A stretch of 63,966 nucleotides of DNA, filler included. It is 6 parts of 6 records of this genome, joined end to end, with 100 filler letters (N's around TTAATTAATTAA, not from the genome) between each part and the next. Parts side by side here need not be neighbours in the genome. Positions count along the whole stretch, not along the records: positions 9,127 to 28,955 come from SRR2962707_1501; positions 29,056 to 36,741 come from SRR2962707_1502; positions 36,842 to 46,989 come from SRR2962707_1507; 3 more parts are not named here. The stretch is one strand, 5' to 3'. This document shows, piece by piece, positions 28,466 to 41,859 of the stretch (position 1 is the stretch's first letter; the number at the start of each line of letters is the position of its first letter). The notes beneath the pieces are model-generated. The model had not been told where the DNA came from and did not search any database. It saw only the letters and a list, made by a program, of their open reading frames with translations. A program made the translations under genes and the position numbers.

Positions 28466-28734
28466 ACCGAATCTTTTGTCTTTTCAGCATGCAGAGCGCG
28501 GATATCGTCAAATACGGATTTCGCTGCAATACCGCGCGACGGGTCTGCAAGCATGGCGTCATAGGTTGGGGCAACCTGATTGCACAGCCAGTGTTCAACC
28601 GCGCGGTCTCGTTCCTGCAGAGCGCGAAGCCCTGCGCGAACGACCTCACTTGCCGACGCGTAATCACCGGACCTGACTTTCTGATCGATATAGTTCGCAT
28701 GCTCATCTGGAAGGCTGATTGTTCGTTTGTCCAT
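28462..28734 (-). CDS. ParD-family (RHH) antitoxin
   Basis: TISLP....YIDQKVRSGDYASASEVVRAGLRALQE. Confidence 0.9.
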   Translation of the reverse strand: MDKRTISLPDEHANYIDQKVRSGDYASASEVVRAGLRALQERDRAVEHWLCNQVAPTYDAMLADPSRGIAAKSVFDDIRALHAEKTKDSV

Positions 28735-28764
28735 GATCGATCCTTTTTGAACAGGACGCCGCAG

Positions 28765-28783
28765 GGTATGATTAATTCATACC
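28765..28783. promoter_or_regulatory. Putative TA autoregulatory operator GGTATGA-TTAAT-TCATACC
   Basis: 7-bp inverted repeat about 30 bp upstream of the antitoxin start. Confidence 0.55.
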
Positions 28784-28927
28784 ACACATTGATGAACGAT
28801 AGAACCGGGCGATCCGCCTGGCGCGACTGCACGTCGTTGCCGGGCGGCACAAGGTTGGACCTGCTGCCGCTCCAAGGACCTGGAACAATCGACAGCATTT
28901 TATCATCACGAAATGCGAAAAAAGAAA

Positions 28928-28955
28928 TGGTGGAGCCAAGCGGGATCGAACCGCT
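28928..28955 (-). tRNA. tRNA-Ala, 3' fragment truncated by the contig end
   Basis: Reverse complement AGCGGTTCGATCCCGCTTGGCTCCACCA gives the T-arm (GGTTCGATCC), an acceptor strand typical of tRNA-Ala and encoded CCA. Anticodon not visible. Confidence 0.8.
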
Positions 28956-29055
28956 NNNNNNNNNNNNNNNNNNNNNNNNNNNNNNNNNNNNNNNNNNNNT
29001 TAATTAATTAANNNNNNNNNNNNNNNNNNNNNNNNNNNNNNNNNNNNNNNNNNNN
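28956..29055. other. Artificial contig spacer
   Basis: N44-TTAATTAATTAA-N44. Confidence 0.98.
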
Positions 29056-29081
29056 GTGTGTGTGTGTGTGTGTGTGTGTGT
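29056..29081. repeat. (GT)n microsatellite at the contig end, followed by a GA-rich tract to about 29218
   Basis: Read directly from the sequence. Confidence 0.9.
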
Positions 29082-29939
29082 CTTGGTGAGGTGCGCATCT
29101 TCGTGGGCTGTCTTCCGTGAGTGAGTCATCTTCAAGAGTGAGTGGTCTCACTCTTTTCGCAAGTGAGAGAGAGACTGAGAGCGAGACCGACAGCCGACAG
29201 AGAGAGTGAGAGAGAGAGCCAGCCACTCCTACACACGGCGTTGAGTTTGCAAAAAGTCACTAAAATAGACCCAATTTAAAAAATAAGAGTCTTTTCCTCC
29301 AAAAAATTACAACACATCATTGTTCCTAAGTTCAAAATCTCTATTGTGCACGTTTCAGAAATTGTTAGTTTTTGGGGTTTACTCTTTTATTAAATTTAAT
29401 ATAGGCCATTTTTGCGTTTCTCTTCTTTTTTTTGTGGCAGACTGCTACAGTAGCCTGTACAGTATTCTGTATCCGGTGCAGTTGGGCTCTCTCTTCACTC
29501 TCTCTCACACAACCTCACTTCACCAAGTTCTTCAGGTTGCTGCCTCGCTCTCTCGCTCTCTCTTGCTCTGTTGCTCGCCTTCCTTCCTCCTCCTCTCCGT
29601 CACGCGCAGCGAAAGTGCCCCTTTCCACGTGGTAGCAGGTGTTGTGGGCACGAACAAACAGAACGTGCTGCGCTGGAAGCTGGGGGAGGGCTTCGTTTTG
29701 CCTGCGTGGCGGGCTGGCAGCGGGTCGTTTACATACCGCTCATCCGCTGAACGAACAGCGAAAAATTTGAAAATCATTGTGGAATGGCTGCCACAGCTTG
29801 GGAATCCAGGCACCTGAGCTGAGGGCTTTTGAACGTCGCAGGCACGCACATGTGGTGATGGGGGTGCCAATAATGCGGCAGGGGTTCTGTCGTTCGTAGG
29901 TCTACTGGGGCTGTGATCGTGTTTTGCGCAGGTGCGGGC

Positions 29940-31624
29940 ATGGAATCCGGCGGGTCCAGCGATGCTGCGGGTCTTCCTGGCGAAGTGGGAGAGGCTATGG
30001 ATGTGAAGGTTACAGAAAACCGGCCTGCATCTGCCACAAGGGATGATAATGAATGCCTTAGAGAAGACAATCACAGTTCTGAGGGCATCCTAGAGGAGCA
30101 GGAATCAGATGCTGCCCGCCAAAGCAGCAGCGCTGCGGGGGCTATTGAGACTTCGGTGCCGGTTTTCACACTCGATGGGGGCAGTTCTTTGCATGGAAGC
30201 GAGCCGCCTACGGAAGTGATTTTGATCGAGGATGAAGCGGCTGAACTCCAAACGGATGCTGAAGACCGGGCAGAATCTGGATTGCATAGCGAGGCCATTG
30301 ACAGCGGCGAAGAGAATTCGCAGGTGTCCGCGGGTGAGGGTGCTGGAGACGATATTATCAACATTGAGCCTGTCGCTGCACTGTCTGCTGTCATCAGTGA
30401 CGTTGATCGCATCCATCATCGTCATCAGCAGCAACAACAAAACAACGTGGAGCAAAATGATGATACAGCCCAGGGCGACGAGGAGCCTTCGGCGCATAAC
30501 TGCAGCAGAGCGTTTGCGGACAAAGCATATCATTTTGTAAACTGGGGTACCGTTGCCGCCGGCATAGGCTTTTTTTTGCTGTGCATCTTCAGCCTCAAAT
30601 CATCCACTGGCGATTTTCCATTATATTTCAGTGCAATGTGTGTCTTATCAATTGCACTTTCAGCGATTTGCACGTCACTTGGTCCGACGTTCCAGCCCTA
30701 CGTCTGTGCAGGTTCGTATAGATCTCATCAACTGAATGTGTTGGCTTGTGGGATGCACTTACTGTCCAATTTTCTGACTTCTCGTGATAACTCTCTTGTC
30801 GCATGTACGATATCACGGACGCTATTTGAACTGGTTATCAATTTCAAAGGCGACCGCCGCCTGGCCTCAGCATGGTACAGGCTCTCGATGGCCTGTTTCG
30901 TGATTGTCAATGCCGCAGCACTGGTCGGCACAGGTGTGGCCATGGATCCGCTGGTGGACTCACAGTGGCGCGGTACTTTCCTTGGCTTCTGGGTTGTAAC
31001 CTTGTGGCCGGTAGTGAATCTAGTATTTTCTTATTCCATCAAGGCCCGCAATGACAAAGACTATTTTACTACCTATCGAGAGTTTTGTCACTCCAAGCAT
31101 CTTCCCCCATTGGAAGAGCAGGCACGTCTTGAGTGGCAACTGTGACTGAGTACAATGATTCATGTGTGCTTGTTGCGTTGGTTGTGTAGACATTGCATGG
31201 ATTTTACGCATCATGCACAACCTGTGTACCTGGCAGGTTGACCTTTTGGTCGAACTGACGGACTCGTCGCGACACGAGGCCAAGGTGGCTCTGCTTGCCA
31301 CGAAGCGGGATATGGCCGGTACGTCGTGGCCGATTTCGCACGGTTTGCGTCTATCGTTTGCTTTTTCGTTCGCATTTCAAATCTGCAACAAATTGATGGC
31401 TTGTTGTTTCCCTTTTTTTGGGTGATTTAGACGCGGTTGAGACAGTGACCCTTGCAAAGTTCATCGAAGACACCGATCTCTGTGTAATCTGCTCTGATTC
31501 TTTGAAAGAAATTGTCTTTCGACCGTGCCGACACTTCTGCGTGTGCGTAAACTGCAGCGGTCAGGTACAGCAGTGCCCTATGTGTCGTTGCGATGTTGTT
31601 GAGCACATTCGCATTGCGATCTGA
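29940..31624 (+). CDS. Eukaryotic multi-pass membrane protein with UBA-like and C-terminal RING-HC domains (E3 ligase); exons about 29940-31121, 31237-31318, 31431-31624
   Basis: Acidic N-terminus, several TM segments, then VDLLVELTDSSRHEAKVALLATKRDMA|DAVE and CVIC..(11)..CRHFCVC..C......CPMCR. Splice phases are consistent; an upstream exon is possible. Confidence 0.72.
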
Positions 31625-31846
31625 AAGGACTCGTTGAAGCGTGTGTTGTTAGACATTTAATTTGTGAACTTAATTTGCACGACAAAGAGTTCGGGCGGCA
31701 TCATATCCTTCAATGGCTTTGAGACCAACACTTAATCAGCAAAGCCTGACAAACTCGACGCGTATGGCATGATGATGACATTCGACTGAAAATCACGTTT
31801 TAGATCACAGAAAACACCGTGCAGCTCATTCCTGCCAGGTCTTTCG

Positions 31847-36299
<4,453 letters not shown>

Positions 36300-36714
36300 G
36301 GTCTTGAGATTGGTAGTTTACCTCTCAGGCTCAAAGGGTTCGTCGCAACTGAATACCTTGCCAACCAATAGCGGCGGAGGCCGCAAAGATTTCAAGTGTA
36401 CACTTTCAAAGCTTGGCGCTCCAAGCAACAGTCCCAAACAATGATGACTTGTGGTCAGCTCCGACGCGACCGAAACAGCGCAACCAAAACAACCGGAAGC
36501 AAAAGGCAGACGAAACGAAAAGCAAGCGTTTCAAACTTGAACTTGGCAATCAAACACACAAGGGGTCATTCGCCAACGGCACGAACCTTTGCAAGCGACA
36601 CTCACCAAGCCGAAACTACAGCCCGCACCTTGTCCTAGGCTACCCCTGGAAAGATTCCCGTGGCGCAAGCTCGAAAGGGAGTGAGCGAGTTCCTGAGTGA
36701 AAGTCCAGAAGGTC

Positions 36715-36741
36715 GTGAGTGAGTGAGTGAGTGAGCGAGTG
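36715..36741. repeat. (GTGA)n microsatellite at the contig end
   Basis: Read directly from the sequence. Confidence 0.85.
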
Positions 36742-36841
36742 NNNNNNNNNNNNNNNNNNNNNNNNNNNNNNNNNNNNNNNNNNNNTTAATTAATTAANNN
36801 NNNNNNNNNNNNNNNNNNNNNNNNNNNNNNNNNNNNNNNNN
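36742..36841. other. Artificial contig spacer
   Basis: N44-TTAATTAATTAA-N44. Confidence 0.98.
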
Positions 36842-36927
36842 GAAGGTCGCGGCCAAGGGCCATTCTGGCCATGCCTCGCCACCACCGCAACAATACCTGT
36901 CCACAAGACGTAGGGAGCGAAACCGTC

Positions 36928-38253
36928 ATGAGTCATGTCTTTACCCGCCATACAAAGGTTCACCCACCTGTCGTCGCCGGGGGGAAGGGATGCTATCTGA
37001 TTGACCAGAGCGGAAAACAGTATCTTGACGGGTCCGGTGGTGCAGCCGTGTCCTGCCTGGGCCACGGCGACGCGGACGTCATCGCCGCGGTGAAGACGCA
37101 GCTTGACACCATCGCATTCGCGCATACCGGTTTCTTCACATCAGAGCCGGCTGAGGCCTTGGCTGATCTGCTTGTTTCCAAGGCACCGGAGGGCATCGAC
37201 AAGGTCTACTTTGTGTCCGGCGGATCGGAGGCGACAGAAGCGGCCATCAAGCTGGCGCGGCAATATTTTGTCGAGAAGGGCGAACCGGCACGCTCCAGGC
37301 TGATCGCGCGTAAGCAAAGCTATCACGGCAACACCATCGGCGCCCTGTCGGCGGGCGGCAACGAATGGCGCCGTGCGCAATTCGGTCCGCTGCTGCTGGA
37401 TGTGAGCCATATCGACCCCTGTTACGATTACCGCTTGCGGCAAGCGGATGAAACGCCGGAAGCCTACGGCTTGCGGGCGGCTGATGCCCTTGAGGCTGAA
37501 ATTCTCCGGGTCGGCCCGGAAACCGTCATGGCGTTCATGGCCGAGCCGGTGGTCGGTGCAACATCAGGAGCGGTGCCGCCAGCACCGGGCTATTTCAAGC
37601 GGATCCGGGAAATCTGTGACCGCTACGGCGTTCTGCTGATCCTTGACGAAGTGATGTGCGGCATGGGGCGCACCGGGACCCTTTTTGCGTCCGAGCAGGA
37701 TGATGTCAGGCCTGACATCATTGCCATCGCCAAGGGGCTCGGCGGCGGATATCAGCCGCTTGGTGCGATGCTGTGTTCGGGCAAAATCTATCAGGCAATC
37801 GAGAATGGCAGCGGCTTCTTTCAGCACGGCCACACCTATATGGGACATCCGGCTGCCTGTGCTGCGGGGTTGGCGGTGGTCAACGCGATTCTCGACCGGG
37901 AGCTTTTGCCCCGGGTTGAGGAGATGGGACAACTGCTGCGCACCGGGTTGCAGGAGCGCTTCGGTCAACACCCCAATGTCGGCGATATTCGCGGCCGGGG
38001 TCTGTTCGTCGGTGTTGAACTGGTTCAGGACCGCGAGACCAAAGAACCGTTTGCACCGGCCGACCGTATTGCCGCCAAGATCAAGACCACAACTTTTGAT
38101 GCCGGCCTGATCTGCTATCCGATGTCGGGAACCATTGATGGCCGCAGCGGTGACCACGTGCTGCTTGCGCCACCGTACATCATCACGCCCGAACAGGTCG
38201 GGGAGCTGATCGACAAGCTGGCAATCGGCATTCGTGCCGCCACCGGAGTCTGA
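36928..38253 (+). CDS. Class III PLP-dependent aminotransferase
   Basis: YLDGSGGAAVS.LGH, SGGSEA.E, SYHGNT, LILDEVMCGMGRTG, AKGLGGG, HGHTY. Confidence 0.93.
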   Translation: MSHVFTRHTKVHPPVVAGGKGCYLIDQSGKQYLDGSGGAAVSCLGHGDADVIAAVKTQLDTIAFAHTGFFTSEPAEALADLLVSKAPEGIDKVYFVSGGSEATEAAIKLARQYFVEKGEPARSRLIARKQSYHGNTIGALSAGGNEWRRAQFGPLLLDVSHIDPCYDYRLRQADETPEAYGLRAADALEAEILRVGPETVMAFMAEPVVGATSGAVPPAPGYFKRIREICDRYGVLLILDEVMCGMGRTGTLFASEQDDVRPDIIAIAKGLGGGYQPLGAMLCSGKIYQAIENGSGFFQHGHTYMGHPAACAAGLAVVNAILDRELLPRVEEMGQLLRTGLQERFGQHPNVGDIRGRGLFVGVELVQDRETKEPFAPADRIAAKIKTTTFDAGLICYPMSGTIDGRSGDHVLLAPPYIITPEQVGELIDKLAIGIRAATGV

Positions 38254-38267
38254 GAAACCCAACCAGC

Positions 38268-38303
38268 CCCACCAACCCGGAGCGTTTGCGCCGGGTTGGT
38301 GGG
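38268..38303. terminator. 13-bp hairpin between convergent genes
   Basis: CCCACCAACCCGG-N10-CCGGGTTGGTGGG. Confidence 0.65.
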
Positions 38304-38309
38304 CAAGTG

Positions 38310-39434
38310 TCAGCCATTGCAGCAAGGATGAAACTCTGTTCCTGACTGGGGAGCGGTGAATTCGCGCCAGTGTGGCGGGTTTGCAGAGGCGTAACGCATG
38401 CCGATCGCGACCCAGTCGATATCGCGTTGCGGACGATGCAGCTGGATGGGGCGTTCACTGCCATAGGTGATGACGGACTGGCGCTCCGAGAAATGATCAA
38501 TGCTCTGGTGCCATTTGGTCTCAGCCCAATGCAGCGTCATGTTGCGTTTTAGGGGATCATATTCTGCGGTGAACAGTGTGCCAAAGCCTTCTGCATATCT
38601 GTCCTGACGCAACGGTTCCTTGAGAAAATCCTCCACCAGGCCTTCGGGTTTCCTGCCCGAAACGGCAATCCGTTGAAGGTGGGCTGAGCGTTCGAACGTC
38701 CGGGTGAAGCTGCCTCTGTCGGGATGTGAGCCGTCGTGCTGGTGATTGGTTGCCAGGGCGTTGGTGACCGTGCGTATTCCGCCGCCTGCCTGCATCTCCA
38801 CGCTGAGAGTGGTTCCGGATGCGTCCGCCACAACCACATTGTAGGGCATATGAGACGGCACGCGCCGCAACACGTCCAGCGCCTTTTCGACCGTATCGGA
38901 TGTTTCCAGCACGTATCGCAGGATCGTGGTGATGCCGAATCCGGTGCCCGTGACCTGACGCCCGCCATAGGCCAGTGCGATGGAGAGGCCTGCGGCGTTG
39001 ATGCCGTCGGACAGGCCCCAGAGAAACTCGACCATGCCCATGACCTTGCGGCCCGTCCATTGGGAATGAAGCAGCAAGCCTTCGTTCAGATCCGGCGAAA
39101 GGTCATAGTTGCGGACGAGCCGGACAGCATCATGACTGGCCAGTGCCGCAAGTGAACAGCCGCCGAGATAGTTTGGCGGACACCAGGTCGACAGAAAACG
39201 TGCAGCGCGGTCGGAGCCGCCGGCCAGGGTGACAAGGCGGCGATAGGTCGGCAACAGCTCTGGCATGTGACGGGCCAATGCTGCCTCACAGTCCGACCGG
39301 GAGGGGCCGTGGCCACCGCCGCCGGCGATAAACCAGGCCTCATAGGCCGGCCATGAGCGTTCCCAGCGGGCTGCCCATTTGGGGCCGGGCAGAGCTTCGC
39401 TGATTGCTTCAAATTCAAGGGATAGGCTGGTCAT
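38310..39434 (-). CDS. Peptidase C45 / Ntn-hydrolase (acyl-CoA:6-APA acyltransferase-like)
   Basis: Start MTSLSLEFEAISE with GGAG RBS; HMPEL, autoprocessing GGCS, RNYDL, DGINAAGL, ATNHQ, FGTLFTA.Y. Confidence 0.82.
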   Translation of the reverse strand: MTSLSLEFEAISEALPGPKWAARWERSWPAYEAWFIAGGGGHGPSRSDCEAALARHMPELLPTYRRLVTLAGGSDRAARFLSTWCPPNYLGGCSLAALASHDAVRLVRNYDLSPDLNEGLLLHSQWTGRKVMGMVEFLWGLSDGINAAGLSIALAYGGRQVTGTGFGITTILRYVLETSDTVEKALDVLRRVPSHMPYNVVVADASGTTLSVEMQAGGGIRTVTNALATNHQHDGSHPDRGSFTRTFERSAHLQRIAVSGRKPEGLVEDFLKEPLRQDRYAEGFGTLFTAEYDPLKRNMTLHWAETKWHQSIDHFSERQSVITYGSERPIQLHRPQRDIDWVAIGMRYASANPPHWREFTAPQSGTEFHPCCNG

Positions 39435-39450
39435 GTCAGTGTCTCCTGTT

Positions 39451-40542
39451 TCACAGCTCAAGAAAAAAGCGCACCATGGCGGTGCTTGCATCAGGGCCGT
39501 TGGGATCGGCGTAAGACCCTGCGGAATTGCCGCCGGACCATGCATGTCCCAAACCATCAATGATCCAGTGTTCGACACTCGACTGTCCGTTGGCACCAAG
39601 GGTGATCCGTTTTTCAAACGACCGGCCCGCGAATGTGCCGCTTTCGGTGCGCTGCAGCTGTGCGGAAAGTCCGGCGGGCTCGGCGTTGCGGGCAACCATG
39701 TCGCCATTGAGCGGATGGACGGTGGAATCCGATGAGCCATGAAAGACAATGGTTCGTGGTGGTGCCGCCTGCTGCTGCATGGCGCCCGGCAAGGGTTTAC
39801 CGCCCATGGCAGAGAATGCCGAAGAGACATCGCGTGCTGCTCCGTAGGGCAGGCCGGAATGAACACCGACGCCGGAGTATAAATCGGGGTAAGTCTCGCC
39901 CATGATGACTGCCATGGCGCCGCCTGCGGAAAGACCGGCAACAAAGGTGCGGGTGGCCGGTATGGAGTGCGCTTCACAAATCTGCCGGGTCAGGCCGGCG
40001 ATGATCGCGGGTTCGCCACGGTCCCGCTTCTGATCGCCTCGGCTGAACCAGTTCCAGCAGGTTTGCTGGTTGGCGCCGCGTGACTGCGCAGGATAGGCGA
40101 CGATGAAGCCGTGCGTCTCGGCCAATGCGTTCATCGCGGTTCCCGTGGCGAAATCCTCAGGCGTCTGCGTGCAGCCATGCAGCATGACGATCAAGGCATT
40201 GGGTTCACCATTGGCCGATGCTGGGACGTAGAGCTGGAAGTCCCTGCTGCCTGCGGAGCAGCTGAACGTATGACGCGCCAAAGCGGCACTGGCAGGGACA
40301 TCAGATCGCGAGCGCTTTTCGCGTCTGGCTGAACCCGGCCGCGATTGGGCTGGTCGTGGTGTGGACTGGAAGATATCCCCAAGCCCGGAACCAACGGTGT
40401 GTTCGGCGTATGGCACAGAGGATGCATCTGCGGACAGCCCATGACGGGACAGTGTTTGCTGCACCAGTTGGGCAGGGTCGAAGTGGCCGAGGCGTGCGGA
40501 CGCCATTGCCTGGCGCAGCGCCGAGGCATTGAAAATCGTCAT
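39451..40542 (-). CDS. PHB depolymerase-family (LpqC-like) esterase
   Basis: MLHGCTQ, CWNWF, AGLSAGGAMA (GxSxG), FHG..D.TV, GHAWSGG. Confidence 0.9.
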   Translation of the reverse strand: MTIFNASALRQAMASARLGHFDPAQLVQQTLSRHGLSADASSVPYAEHTVGSGLGDIFQSTPRPAQSRPGSARREKRSRSDVPASAALARHTFSCSAGSRDFQLYVPASANGEPNALIVMLHGCTQTPEDFATGTAMNALAETHGFIVAYPAQSRGANQQTCWNWFSRGDQKRDRGEPAIIAGLTRQICEAHSIPATRTFVAGLSAGGAMAVIMGETYPDLYSGVGVHSGLPYGAARDVSSAFSAMGGKPLPGAMQQQAAPPRTIVFHGSSDSTVHPLNGDMVARNAEPAGLSAQLQRTESGTFAGRSFEKRITLGANGQSSVEHWIIDGLGHAWSGGNSAGSYADPNGPDASTAMVRFFLEL

Positions 40543-40571
40543 CGTTGTTTTCCTTAGAGGTGTCGGAGAGA

Positions 40572-40988
40572 CTACTTGATACGGTCGGCCAGTGCGGTCT
40601 TGATTTCCTTGCTTGCCTGCAACGCGCCCAGCACGGTGATCGTTCCAATTGTCGCGAGCGCAAGTTCCGGTGTCACGTCGTCGGCAATACGGGCCAGCCC
40701 CACGACCTTGACATGAAGGACCTCGCCGGCGGCGCGCAGGGATTCAAGGTCGGCGCGGGTGTAGTCGCGCAAACCCAGTTCCATGGTGTGACGTTCGATG
40801 GACTTAGTGACAGTTTCCTGGTGACTTTCCAGTTGGCTGCGAATGGCCATACGGATGAAGTCGGAGCGGTTCGAGTAGAAGCCTTCCCTCACCAGCAGAT
40901 CGATCCTGCCCAGATCGACATAGCCGAGATTGATGGTGATCTTCTCGCTTTCGGCTGTTTTTTCTCTAAGCTGCCGCACATTGCTCAT
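40572..40988 (-). CDS. CopG/RHH-family transcriptional regulator
   Basis: EKITINLGYVDLGRIDLLVREGFYSNRSDFIRMAIR. Confidence 0.88.
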   Translation of the reverse strand: MSNVRQLREKTAESEKITINLGYVDLGRIDLLVREGFYSNRSDFIRMAIRSQLESHQETVTKSIERHTMELGLRDYTRADLESLRAAGEVLHVKVVGLARIADDVTPELALATIGTITVLGALQASKEIKTALADRIK

Positions 40989-41007
40989 ATCTCTGCCCTT
41001 CAAATAA

Positions 41008-41034
41008 CATCCATGTGGATGGTATATAGATGGT
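41008..41034. promoter_or_regulatory. Putative CopG operator (GATGGT repeats in inverted and direct orientation)
   Basis: CATCCATGTGGATGGTATATAGATGGT about 20 bp upstream of the regulator start. Confidence 0.6.
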
Positions 41035-41183
41035 CAATGGCGATCTTCAAGAGGAATGTTCAATCTCCGGCCGGGTGATTTTCAGTTCCTGCTCCCTGAG
41101 AGAGCCGCGACTCCCCAGCCGCAAATCACAAGCACAATGATCTTTGTGAGCCGAACGTTTGTTTGTGACGGGCATCCGAAAAC

Positions 41184-41213
41184 ACACCGAGACCAGTTCA
41201 ATGGTCTCGGTGT
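41184..41213. terminator. 12-bp hairpin downstream of pqiC
   Basis: ACACCGAGACCA-N6-TGGTCTCGGTGT. Confidence 0.5.
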
Positions 41214-41295
41214 CAAACAAACCCGTCTGATCAGGAGTTGGGAGAGACAGGCTTCAGCGCGCTGCGATAGGTATCACGCGTGATCAGGCCTGCCC

Positions 41296-41859
41296 TCACA
41301 TGGCCTTTGCGATAACCTTGGCCAGTTCCTGCCAAGCTTCGCCATGTGCCGCCACAACGTCGGCCGGGCTGCTGGATCTGGCTTTCGTCGCGATACTGAA
41401 CTGCCGGATGCGACTGCGGCTTTCTGCCCGGTCGCGGCGGATCGAGAATTGCCCGGACAAGCGCATCGTGTTTGAGCTGTCCACCAGCATCTGCTCAACA
41501 TCGATGCGAATTTCAGCCTCCGGGACGCCACCCAGGGGCCAGGGGTCGGATGCGACCTGGGCGCCGGAAATGTCGGCCAGACTGCGCACGAGAAACAGTC
41601 TCATGGCGCGCTCGGTATCATCGGCCCAGTCGGCTTTGGGGATTGCGACGATCGCGCCAGCCCCGTTTTGGACGAAAATACCCGACTCCTTGGCGTAGGT
41701 CGGCAAGTTCACAGTTGATACGGAAATCGTGCGGGCGTCTGTTTTGATCGTTGTGGCCAAAGCAACCGGCTCTATCAAAAACCGGTCGTGGTTTGTGCCG
41801 GTACACCCGGAAAGAAGCAGAAACGACATCAACAGGAACAAGTTACGCATACTCTTCAT
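41296..41859 (-). CDS. pqiC: PqiC-family lipoprotein
   Basis: Lipobox LLSGC, VNLPTYA, WADD; last gene of the pqi operon. Confidence 0.85.
   Translation of the reverse strand: MKSMRNLFLLMSFLLLSGCTGTNHDRFLIEPVALATTIKTDARTISVSTVNLPTYAKESGIFVQNGAGAIVAIPKADWADDTERAMRLFLVRSLADISGAQVASDPWPLGGVPEAEIRIDVEQMLVDSSNTMRLSGQFSIRRDRAESRSRIRQFSIATKARSSSPADVVAAHGEAWQELAKVIAKAM

Noticed and set aside
28900..29100. Bacterium-to-eukaryote HGT junction at tRNA-Ala
   Set aside because: The two sequences are separated by an artificial spacer, so the adjacency is not biological.
29056..29218. GT/GA tracts (and GTGA at 36715-36741) as telomeres
   Set aside because: Ordinary microsatellites at assembly breaks; not a consistent telomeric unit.
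29320..29880. ORFs upstream of the RING gene
   Set aside because: Low-complexity CT-rich promoter/UTR-like sequence with no protein motifs.
39435..39977. N-terminal extension making the C45 ORF 555 aa, suggesting a fusion
   Set aside because: It overlaps the esterase in another frame; a proper RBS and ATG exist at 39434.
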